DNA of 64,000 nucleotides from a virus: positions 24,236-88,235 of the IMG/VR virus record IMGVR_UViG_3300006919_000042; one strand, given 5' to 3'. Shown piece by piece: positions 36,364-46,200 of the stretch (position 1 is the first letter of the stretch; the number at the start of each line of letters is the position of its first letter). The position numbers were made by a program, and so were the translations under genes. The notes below the pieces were generated by a model. The model ran no database searches, was not told the DNA's origin, and saw only the letters and a program-made list of their open reading frames with translations.

Positions 36364-37625
36364 TGGACGATATACAAAAAGCAAACCAAGCACAACGATT
36401 ACAAGTACAAGAAAACGTAGAGACGATGTCTAAGGGCGAATCTCTACCCGTTGGCACAACTCGTACTCATGGAGGTAGAACTTTCATTAAAACGCCAGGA
36501 GGATGGAAATATCATGGTAAAGGAGCTGCAAGTGTAAAGTCAGGTACTGATGCGAAAGCAGCTAGTACATCACATACATCTTCAGTTGAGAAAGTAAATG
36601 ACATTACATTTGTGGTTGATATTAAAAGTCAATATGGAACAACTCGTCAAACATATTCAAACGTTCAAGAAGCGAATAGAGCTAAGAAGCAAGTTGATGA
36701 TGCATTCAGATCAGGTAGCATCAAATCAACAGGTGATGTAGGTAAAGTACTTAACAGTAGTGGTAATTCAGATAAAATATACGGCGATTTATACAAATTG
36801 AAATCATAAGGAAAGATCACTCAACAAGAATGGGCTGGAATGAAGAATGACGTTGCTGCTGGAAAGAGTGAGAAGGTCAATAAGATGATTGCTGCGATTA
36901 ACACTAAATCTAAGGGAGCTGGTCAAGGAAAGCATATAGGTGATATGACTCCAGCTGACAAACAGAAGTGGGCAGCTCAATTAGGAGTTGATACTAAAGG
37001 CAAAAGTGCATCTCAAATCAATAAACTACTTGTTGAAAAGAATGTCGACAGACAGATTGCTAATTTCAAAGCAAGTAAGAACGATAAGATGTTGGATGGA
37101 TTATCTATGGCAGCGAGAATGAGAGGAGATAAAGATTCAGCAGCTCAATATCAAGCTAGAAAAAACAGACCTGCAAGTGAACGTAGGCCAGTTGGTAAAC
37201 GTGAACCAATGACATTCAGAGAGATACTTGCTGACCCTAAAGGGAAAGCGATATTTGAATCAATTGAAGAATATATTGTTGATCTACGAGATGACCCAAC
37301 AAGAAAAGAGCATTTAGATGGTTTAAAAGATGCGGTACAAGAACTTGAAAGAGGTAGTGGTTACAAATACGACATCTCAGAGCAATTAGCAGCAGCTAAA
37401 GACAGTAAAACTAAAAGTAGGACTGAATTAGATAGAATCAGATCAGTCTCTCACAATCTATCTGCTGGAAATCATGCAAGTAGTGCCAATAACTTGACTA
37501 GAAAGATAAAGAACCTTCAAAGAGAAGATAAGACGAGACCATCAGGTCAGAAGAGAACACTTCACATTAAAGAATTACAAGCAAAGCTGAAAATTCAGAC
37601 AGCACTTTATAACGAGAAGAAGTAG
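36363..37625 (+). pseudogene. Virion-internal protein paralog interrupted by one in-frame TAA (36807-36809), or two in-frame ORFs
   Basis: 36363-36809 and 36840-37625 share a frame, and the gap reads GKITQQEWAG. Confidence 0.6.
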
Positions 37626-37655
37626 GTTAGGGACATTTGGTTGATTAGTTGATTG

Positions 37656-37691
37656 AAGTAGGGACATCTTTCGGGACGTCCCTACTTTTTT
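37656..37691 (+). terminator. Intrinsic terminator containing TAGGGACA
   Basis: AAGTAGGGAC...GTCCCTACTTTTTT. Confidence 0.85.
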
Positions 37692-37708
37692 GTTGGTACC
37701 TTTACCGA

Positions 37709-38164
37709 ATGAATTTAACCACGAAACAACTTGAGCTCGCTGTGATCAGTTATGAGAAGCAGGCTGAGCTGAAAAGCGTTAGAACGTCCCTACCATGGGA
37801 GTGTGACGTTTTAACTGTTTCAAAAAGTAGGTATGCAACCGAATGGGAGATCAAGAGGTCCCGCTCAGATTTCAAAAGTGATTTCAAGAAACCAAAGCAC
37901 ATCAAGTTCAAGAGAGGGCAAGGTGGTCACATCAAGTATTTCTGGTTTGTGGTACCTAAAGGATTGGTTCGTGAGAGTGAAGTACCATCGTATGCTGGCC
38001 TAATGTATGTTAATGATGAGATGGTGTGTAGTATAGTTAGAAGACCTAAGCGACTGAAGTGCAAGAAGATAGGTGATGCTACTATGAGAAAATTGTACAG
38101 ATCTATGATGTTTCGATTTTTAAAGTTGAACTTCGATGGAATGAAAACAAACTTTTTATTTTAG
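37709..38164 (+). CDS. MmcB-like PD-(D/E)xK nuclease-fold protein
   Basis: ECDVL...EWEIKRSRSDFKSDFKK...YFWFVVP...VPSYAGL. Confidence 0.75.
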   Translation: MNLTTKQLELAVISYEKQAELKSVRTSLPWECDVLTVSKSRYATEWEIKRSRSDFKSDFKKPKHIKFKRGQGGHIKYFWFVVPKGLVRESEVPSYAGLMYVNDEMVCSIVRRPKRLKCKKIGDATMRKLYRSMMFRFLKLNFDGMKTNFLF

Positions 38165-38194
38165 TTGCATAAGAGATATAACTTAGTTATCTTT
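38164..38194 (+). promoter_or_regulatory. Repeated promoter/operator, copy 13
   Basis: GTTGC-N5-AGATA-N9-TATCTTT. Confidence 0.8.
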
Positions 38195-38224
38195 ATGTCA
38201 TGTTAATCATTTAAAACCGTAATT

Positions 38225-38464
38225 ATGTTTACCAAAGTAATAGGAAAATTCAAGAAAAGCAGAGAAGACGAAAGGAACATGGTCATTGCAGGTATTGTCA
38301 CGACAATAACTGACAACGTAGTACAGTTCACTCACGAAGAGATCGCAGATATTATTCAGAGATCAACTGATAGAGTGATTCAAGTACAGAAGGATAGAAG
38401 AGCTGCAGTTAGAGCAGAGCTTAATTCACTAAACTCAACAATCAAACAAATACAAAACAAATAA
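38225..38464 (+). CDS. Hypothetical coiled-coil protein
   Basis: ORF after promoter. Confidence 0.65.
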   Translation: MFTKVIGKFKKSREDERNMVIAGIVTTITDNVVQFTHEEIADIIQRSTDRVIQVQKDRRAAVRAELNSLNSTIKQIQNK

Positions 38465-38466
38465 TC

Positions 38467-38949
38467 ATGAAAACCATAAAAGGAGATTTAATCAAACTAG
38501 CACTTCAAGGTGAGTTTGATGCAATAGTGCACGGATGCAACTGTCACAATGTGATGGAAGCTGGAATTGCTGCACAGATAAAAAGATACTTTCCAGCAGC
38601 ATATCAGGCTGATGAGGTGTTTGCAGATGGTATCTCAAACTATAACAAATTAGGATGCTTATCATTTGCAGACATTGAGGTTCATGGCGATGAAGATGAT
38701 ATTACTACAGTAACCGAAAGATTCACTGTTGTAAATGCATACACACAATATGATTTGGGACGTAATCTTGATGAAGATGCACTAATAATGTGTTTGAAGA
38801 AGATTAATCACTACTATAAAGGAAAGAGTGTAGGGTTGCCTCAAATAGGTTGTGGAATTGCAGGAGGCAATTGGGCAGTAGTTAGTCAACTAATAGATAA
38901 ATATACACCGGATTGTGATGTCACAGTAGTGATGTACGATCCGAAATAG
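38467..38949 (+). CDS. Macro-domain protein (ADP-ribose binding/hydrolase, Poa1p/TARG1-like)
   Basis: KGDL, IVHGCNC..M.AGIA, VNAYTQ, LPQIGCGIAGGNW. Confidence 0.92.
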   Translation: MKTIKGDLIKLALQGEFDAIVHGCNCHNVMEAGIAAQIKRYFPAAYQADEVFADGISNYNKLGCLSFADIEVHGDEDDITTVTERFTVVNAYTQYDLGRNLDEDALIMCLKKINHYYKGKSVGLPQIGCGIAGGNWAVVSQLIDKYTPDCDVTVVMYDPK

Positions 38950-38959
38950 CATAACAGTG

Positions 38960-39100
38960 AGGGTGATGGATGCAGTAGAACCTGGTCAAGTTCACATCAG
39001 GTCTGAAATACGTCTGCTACGATCAACAAAGAGTTCCCTAACAGCCCATTGTGGGTGATTTAATTACTCGTTGATTCATGGTCAAGGAAGATTCATCAGG
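38960..39100 (+). ncRNA. Candidate structured non-coding RNA
   Basis: Nested stems identified by eye in a 270-nt intergenic region before a terminator. Confidence 0.35.
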
Positions 39101-39138
39101 AGAGAGCATAACTTCTAAAGACGTTTTAAGTGAATATT

Positions 39139-39165
39139 TGCCCCTGAGAAATCAGGGGCATTTTT
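39139..39165 (+). terminator. Intrinsic terminator (GAAA loop)
   Basis: TGCCCCTGA-GAAA-TCAGGGGCA-TTTTT. Confidence 0.9.
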
Positions 39166-39166
39166 A

Positions 39167-39199
39167 TTGGTGTGAATTCAACTTAGTTTCGTATCTTTG
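39167..39199 (+). promoter_or_regulatory. Bacteroidota-type promoter lacking the AGATA half-site
   Basis: TTGG...TATCTTTG (perfect TAnnTTTG -7 element). Confidence 0.6.
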
Positions 39200-39222
39200 C
39201 AACGAATAAAATTCAGAAAAGA

Positions 39223-39591
39223 ATGAAACCACAAGTTAGAAATTCCGGAAATATAAGCACTGGAGAACATCACTCGTTTGAGTTCAACCTTGCAGATGAA
39301 GCTCCGAACAAAAGCATATCAATTCCAGCATTAGGATTCAATCAAGCATCATTGAGTTTACTTACAATAGGTGCTACAGGAACAAGTGGTACTGCAGTAG
39401 TTGAACAAACAGTAACTAATGGAGGTGTTCAAGGAGCATTGCCAACGCCAGTATCATTGATATTAGGAGCTGGTGTAAGTTTACAAGCATTCGGAATAGC
39501 TTTTAGTGGACAAAATCTTGTGATTGATTTCACACCTTGCACATTTGGGGTTGTTGGGAAGATTAAGTTTGACGTAGTATTGAAACGATAA
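39223..39591 (+). CDS. Hypothetical beta-rich (structural-like) protein
   Basis: Gly/Thr-rich strands. Confidence 0.6.
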   Translation: MKPQVRNSGNISTGEHHSFEFNLADEAPNKSISIPALGFNQASLSLLTIGATGTSGTAVVEQTVTNGGVQGALPTPVSLILGAGVSLQAFGIAFSGQNLVIDFTPCTFGVVGKIKFDVVLKR

Positions 39592-39616
39592 TAATTTTTA
39601 ATCCCTACAAGTATCT

Positions 39617-39937
39617 ATGGATGAAGGTAACAACACTATGTTAATCATAGGCGCAATTGCTACGATTGTCGGAATAGTAGCAGCACTATTAAAGATTTAC
39701 TCCGACAATAAAACTCAAATCAGAAAAGCAGCTGAAGTTGAGCAAAGAACGAAAAATGAAATCTATAACAATAAAATAAAGGTTGAGAGACTTGAAAAAG
39801 ATGTGGATAAGTTAGAAGTGCAAATAACATCAAACAATTCAAATTTACTACAGAAGTTTAGTCAGATGGAGCTACGCATAGAAGCTAAGTTTGATAAACT
39901 TCAAGAGACACTAATAGATATTTTAAAAGAAAAATAA
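39617..39937 (+). CDS. Single-TM coiled-coil protein (holin/lysis-associated candidate)
   Basis: N-terminal TM followed by heptad repeats. Confidence 0.55.
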   Translation: MDEGNNTMLIIGAIATIVGIVAALLKIYSDNKTQIRKAAEVEQRTKNEIYNNKIKVERLEKDVDKLEVQITSNNSNLLQKFSQMELRIEAKFDKLQETLIDILKEK

Positions 39938-39938
39938 A

Positions 39939-40289
39939 ATGGAAAAGTTTTTAGAACAGTTGTTAGGTCAACACGGATGGGAGATTTGGATCGCAGGATT
40001 GATTTGGTCACTATTAGGAATAGCTTTGATAAAAATATACTTCTATGATAAGACTGTTAGGTTTAGCTTGAAGTTCTGGTTGAACGATAATTTCCGAGAT
40101 GTATTGTTAGGCATTGTAGCGAATTTAATCTTATTAAGATTGGGTGATTATGGTATTCAGCTTCTGACCGAGAGGTTTGGATATGATATAGGTACCACTA
40201 GTGACTTTGTTGGATTGATGATTGTCGTTAGTGCATTCATTCAATACAAATTACATAAGAATAGAGAAAAATTGAAAAAATCAAAATAA
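39939..40289 (+). CDS. Three-TM membrane protein (holin candidate)
   Basis: Three hydrophobic segments, basic C-terminus. Confidence 0.55.
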   Translation: MEKFLEQLLGQHGWEIWIAGLIWSLLGIALIKIYFYDKTVRFSLKFWLNDNFRDVLLGIVANLILLRLGDYGIQLLTERFGYDIGTTSDFVGLMIVVSAFIQYKLHKNREKLKKSK

Positions 40290-40290
40290 C

Positions 40291-43200
40291 ATGAAAAAGC
40301 ATATTCTATTACTTGCTCTGCTTTTAGCTACTACATTTGGCTTTTCGCAGGCAAAGAAGACTTTCAAGACTGAAGTAGCAATTGAACAAACGCCCGCAGC
40401 TGTACCAGCTACGGATTTTGTGTTATCAATACAAGCTGATGGAACATTAACTAAAACAGCAATTTTAGTAACTGATGTACAAACTGGCGCATTTTCCTTA
40501 GAAGGATATGATGAGAGTGGCACTAAGGCTGGATTGAACTTGATTGTAGGATTAGGTGATTATAGCTTAGCTGGTAATGGTACTGGAATCACACTAACTG
40601 ATGCAACTGGACTTACCCAATTACGTAGTAATATATGGGAGTTCCTTTCAAATGTTTCTGGATTTAAGACAGATATAGATGGTGATGGCCTCACAGCAAA
40701 TAGGACATTTACACTTCCTAACGCAAGTGGGATCCCAGCATTAGATGTTAATGGTGTTGCTTCTAGTACAGTAGGAAGTATAACATTAACCACACAAAAT
40801 TTAACTAATGATGGTGAAGATGGTATTAATAAGTACATAACACTTTCAGACATCTATCAAGGAAATACGTTAATCAACGGTGATTATTATCATGATACAG
40901 GATTTACTTATCAAGCATGGGCTGATTTATATATAATTGACGGAGTAGTTTATAACACACTGATTTCAGATGCAGTGACACTATCGCCTGCACACGCTAC
41001 ATTAGATAGGATTGACGTAATTGTTGTTAATAATAATGGAACCATTACAGCAGTAACTGGCACAGCAGCAGCTAATCCAGTTAAGCCTGAGATTGATTTA
41101 GATACTCAAGTCGAGATGACATTCGTGTTGGTTCAAGCCAATACAACTACACCAGCCTCAGTTACAGAGTTATTGGTATATGATGAGAATGCTGGTGATC
41201 CAACAGAGTGGGACTCAGCAACTTCAGACGGATCAATTACTTTAGCAGCTACTGGAACAACACAAAGTGGCACTAATGCAATTCGATTCAATACAGCAGC
41301 AGTTGGTGATCAATTAACTTTAACAGACCTAACAACAATATCTTCTAGTGATTACAATAAAATAATCTTCTACGTCAAATTAGACAATGTACTTGATCAT
41401 AGAATACGACTAACTCTTAGTAATACTGGTGGTTCAGATGTATCTAATACAGCTACACTTCAACATGGTAGTTATGGATTAGACACATCAAACACATCAA
41501 CATATCAATTGATAATTATTCCAGTCAGTGATTTGGCGATAGGAGTTCAAACATATGATAGGTTAACAATTTACAATGACAAAGCAACTGCATCATTTTA
41601 TGTAGATAATATGATACTGCAGACTGGAACTAATCCAGTTGCTGGACCTACAATTACAAACACATCACAGTTAATCAATGACGGTCCTGATGGAGTCAAT
41701 CCATACTTAACGTCACTAACTGAAAGTAACATATATAACTCAGATGGCACAATTACAGTAAACAGAGTAATTGATGCTGATGGCAATTCCATCTCAATTG
41801 ATAATGCGAACGGAGATACGATGTTATTAATTGATACGACCCTTGATGCAGAGGTAGCAAAGATCGGCGCAATAAACCCTGCAAATGGAGGAAATGACGC
41901 TAGCTTTGAAGGAAGTACTTCAGCAACATTATCGACATCTACAACACAAGCAGATTATGATAACGGAACTCAGACGGCAAGTCAAACTTTAGCAGCCAAT
42001 GCAGGAAGTTCTTCAATAACAGCACAAGCAACCAACATAACAATTCAAAATGAAGCTGGATTAAATAAGGTTGAGATTGACGGAACTAAAGTCAATGCAT
42101 TAGCTGGGGCTAATGGACTGAAGGCATTAAGTGCAGGGACAACTGATCTCGTTGGTTTGAATGGATTGAGACTTAAAATTGGTACTGGAGGAGTAGAAAC
42201 ACCTTCAGTGGTAGGATATGTACCAACAGCAACTAATGTCAATGGCAATGTTACATGGCAGCCTGGTGGAGCAAGTTCAATATACAATGCAGATGGATCA
42301 TTAGCTGGTAATAGAATAATGTCACTAAACGGCAATACATTAAGGGTGAATGATGCAGCTGGTAATTCAGCATTAGAAATCGACCCTACAATAAATACAG
42401 AAACAACAGTAGTAAGTGCAAATAACGCAACTGGTGGAGGGAATGAAGCAAGTGTAGATCTTTCTACCACAGACACAGACGTAGTAAGTGAACTCAAAGC
42501 ACAGTTCAATGGTGGAGCTAAGCAGGCTAGTATATTACAGCAAGTAGATGTAACCGAATCATCAACTGAAATAACAACAGATGTATTGAAAGTGGTGTTG
42601 CCAACACCACCAACAGTTGGACAATTCCTTCAAGCAACAAATGTTGATGGCACAGTAGATTGGACCACATCATTAATACGTGAAACATCAAATAATTTAT
42701 TTGGAGGGTCAACAGCAGGTGCAAACATCGTTATTGATGGTGGTAATACAGGGTTTGGAGTTGCTGCTTTAGAAAGTTCAAATGCTATAAATAATAGTGG
42801 ATTTGGGTTTGAAGTACTACGAGAAAATGCAGGTCAAAGAGTTAATGGATTTGGGTTATGGGCTGGTAAGCGGAATACTGCAGATGATGGTAATTTCTTT
42901 GGTCAAGAATCAGGACAATTTAATAAAGGAGCTAGAGTTGTAGGATTTGGTGGAGAAACAGTACAGAATAACCAAGGAGACGATGTTGTAGGCATTGGAA
43001 ATGACGCTTTAATTTATAATGAAGAAAATCAAAATACAGCAGTAGGTTCTGAATCGTTTGTATTTTTAACAAATGTAGCTGGATTAAAAAGTTTCGTATC
43101 TGGTGATGTTACAGCAGGTACCGATAGAATAGCAATAACCGCTCATAACTTTGGCACAACGGGTGCTTTTGTTAATCTATTATATTCAGGAGTTACTGGA

Positions 43201-46200
43201 GGTATTACTAATGGAAAGATATATCAATTTGAAATAATAGATGCTAATACCATTGAATTAATAACAGATTCAACATTAGATTTAGACGGCACAGAAGATG
43301 GTGATTTAACACCTCAATACACTTATACAAATGCAACTACAATAGGCTACAACTCACAACCAACTGCTTCTAATCAAGTAACTTTAGGAAACGCGACAGT
43401 AACGGAGGTTGATACATATGGAGCATTAAGAGCAAGAGCATACGGTGCTGGCACACAAACTGGAACAGCGACTTATAATTTAGTAGTTGATGTTGATGGA
43501 AATGTAATTGAAGAAGTGTTAACACCACAGCCAATATTAGCCATTGATGAAGGAAATGGAGTTGGATATGTGTTGGGAGACTCAGATAGAGCTAATTATG
43601 GAAATGTAGGATTAAGTGCAGTAGATTTAAGCTATAATGGCTCACCTTCTACTACTAAAGGAGCAGGAGGAGATTATTCATTCGTTGCAGGAGAAGCTCA
43701 ACAAATAACGGGAGGAGTTGCTAGTTGGGGCGCCTATACAATAGGTACTGAAAATACAATAGGTGGTACAAATACAACAGCTGCAGGGGCATTAGGTGCT
43801 TACAATACAATATCTAATGGGTATGCTACTACAGCAATAGGGGCTTATAATACAATAAACACTGCTGACAACGGGTTTGGAGCAGCAATTGGAATGAATA
43901 ACGTTCTATCTAATACAAATCCAGCAGGGACTTTCGGAACAGCATTAATTTCTAAGTCAAGACACACACTTGCTGTTGGAGTAGCAAATGTAGATTACAC
44001 TGAAACAGGAAACGAAGCAACTAGACCAATATTTGTAGTGGGAAATGGAACAACAACCACACCTGCAGGCGCATGGGCTGCATCAGTTAGAAGTGATGCT
44101 CTTAGAGTTGATTGGGATGGTACAATTACAGCACCTAGCTTTTCAACTGCTGAAATAACTACTGCAGGAAATGCCTCATTAATCACAAAAGAATACGCAG
44201 ATGCGAATTACTCAACTGGTGGTGATGTAACCGCAGCCTCTAATTTCTCAGCAGATAATACTGTTATATTGAGTGATGGAACTGGTAAAGGAGTAAAGAA
44301 TAGTACAATTGCAAATTCTACTTATAATATAGCTGATGCTTGGGATGGATATGCTGCAGTTCCTGATACATATGGATGGAATGGAATAGCTGGAGGTGAT
44401 GGTGCATGGGTAGCTACTTCTTATAATGGAACAAACAGAGTTATGTGGTCTGATGATAATGGGCAAACATGGACTAATGTAGCTTCATCTAACGATGCTA
44501 ATCAATGGAGGCACGTATCTTACGGTGGTGGAGTATTTATAGCTTTGTCTACTAGTGGAACTAATAGAGTTATGAGATCTACAGATGGAGGCTTAACCTG
44601 GACAGGGATAGCTGCAGCAGTAGATACTAGTTCATGGAATTCTGTAGCATATGGTAATGGAGTATTTGTGGCAGTAGCTAGTTCTGGAACTAATAGAACT
44701 ATGTATTCTACCGACTTAGGATTAACTTGGACAGCAGTAGCTGCAGCTGTTGATACTAGTTCATGGCAAGCAATAGCTTATGGTGGAGGTGTATTTGTAG
44801 CAGTATCTAGTGATGGAACCAATAGAACTATGTGGTCTGACGATTTAGGTTTATCTTGGACTGCTGTAGCTTCGGCAGTTGAGACTAATCAATGGTTTTC
44901 TATAGCCTATGGAGATGGGAACTTTGTGTCTGTTTCAATAGATGGAACCAATAGAGCTATGATATCAGATGACCTAGGATTAACTTGGAGCTCTTCAACT
45001 ACAACACCTTCAAATACTAATGTATGGAGAGATGTTGTATATGGTAACGGAACTTGGATAGCAGTAGCTAACTCAGGCACTAATAAAGTATCTAGGTCGG
45101 TTGATAATGGTGACACTTGGACTGCAATAACTCCTAGTGATGATTTGAATACGTGGAGAAACGTAGCTTATAGTGGAGGAGTTTTTGTATCAGTTGCAGA
45201 TAGTGGGACTAATAGAGTTATGACATATTCTCCTGGAGCTAATGCTTTACTGAACACAAATAGTACTGTAGATGATATAAACGCCTCAGCTACTGGATTT
45301 GAATACACTACAGTTGATTGGGTCAATGCTAAGATAACAGAGACAAGCCCAGATTTATCTAGCCACGTAACCAAAACAGGAACACCAGCAGCTAATCAAT
45401 TGTCTAGATGGACAGGAGATGGAGTATTAGGTGCCATCCCTGAAGCAACTTGGGACGGTTCTAATTTTACTTTTGGAGATATAAATGGAATACTTACACT
45501 TAGAAACCTAACTGGTTACTCAGACATATATGCTTCTAATAGGTTAGATATAGAAAGTAATGAAGGGCTTAGAGTAAACAACATAGGAAAAACTCAGCAC
45601 GTAACAATAATTCCTGGAGCAGGAACATCTACCTTAACAGCACCCACTTCTAATGGAATTATAGCAACTACTGCATACGTAACCTCAAATAGTATAGATA
45701 ATGTACTAGAAGACATCACTCCTCAATTAGGAGGGAATTTAGATGTATTGACAAGAGAGATAACTACAAGCACAGTTAACGGAGACATTGAATTATCTCC
45801 AAATGGTACCGGTAGAGTCTTCATAAACACTGGAAGTGATTTAGAAATAGGAGACGGTGGAAGTCTTTCAGTATCAAATCTAGGAACAGGAGATGCAGTA
45901 GCATCATTCACAGCACCTAACTTTGATACATGGGCTATTGGTAATGATGATAGTGCAGCTGCTTTTGTAATTGATAATGGGTTTACTTTAGGAACAAATC
46001 CTCCACTTTCAATAGATCACACAACTGGAGATGCTACTTTTAATGGAGACCATACTATTATTAAGAATGATGTAGAAACTACTACACCTATTCTATTATT
46101 AGATCAAACTAGTACTGGAGATGCTTTTCAAACATGGACTAATGCTACTAAGTCTTATTCAATGGGAATTGATAATTCAGCAACAGAAAATTTCTTCATA

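Noticed and set aside
36807-36809. Genome-wide stop-codon reassignment
   Set aside because: TAA, TAG and TGA all end intact conserved genes; only one interrupted frame was seen
39088-39110. SAM-I riboswitch-like start (TTCATCAGGAGAG)
   Set aside because: Downstream conserved elements (GCAACC, GTGC, AGATGA) are missing
44377-45228. Tandem ~129-nt repeats read as a CRISPR array or DGR template/variable repeat
   Set aside because: They are in-frame protein propeller repeats; no reverse transcriptase in the window
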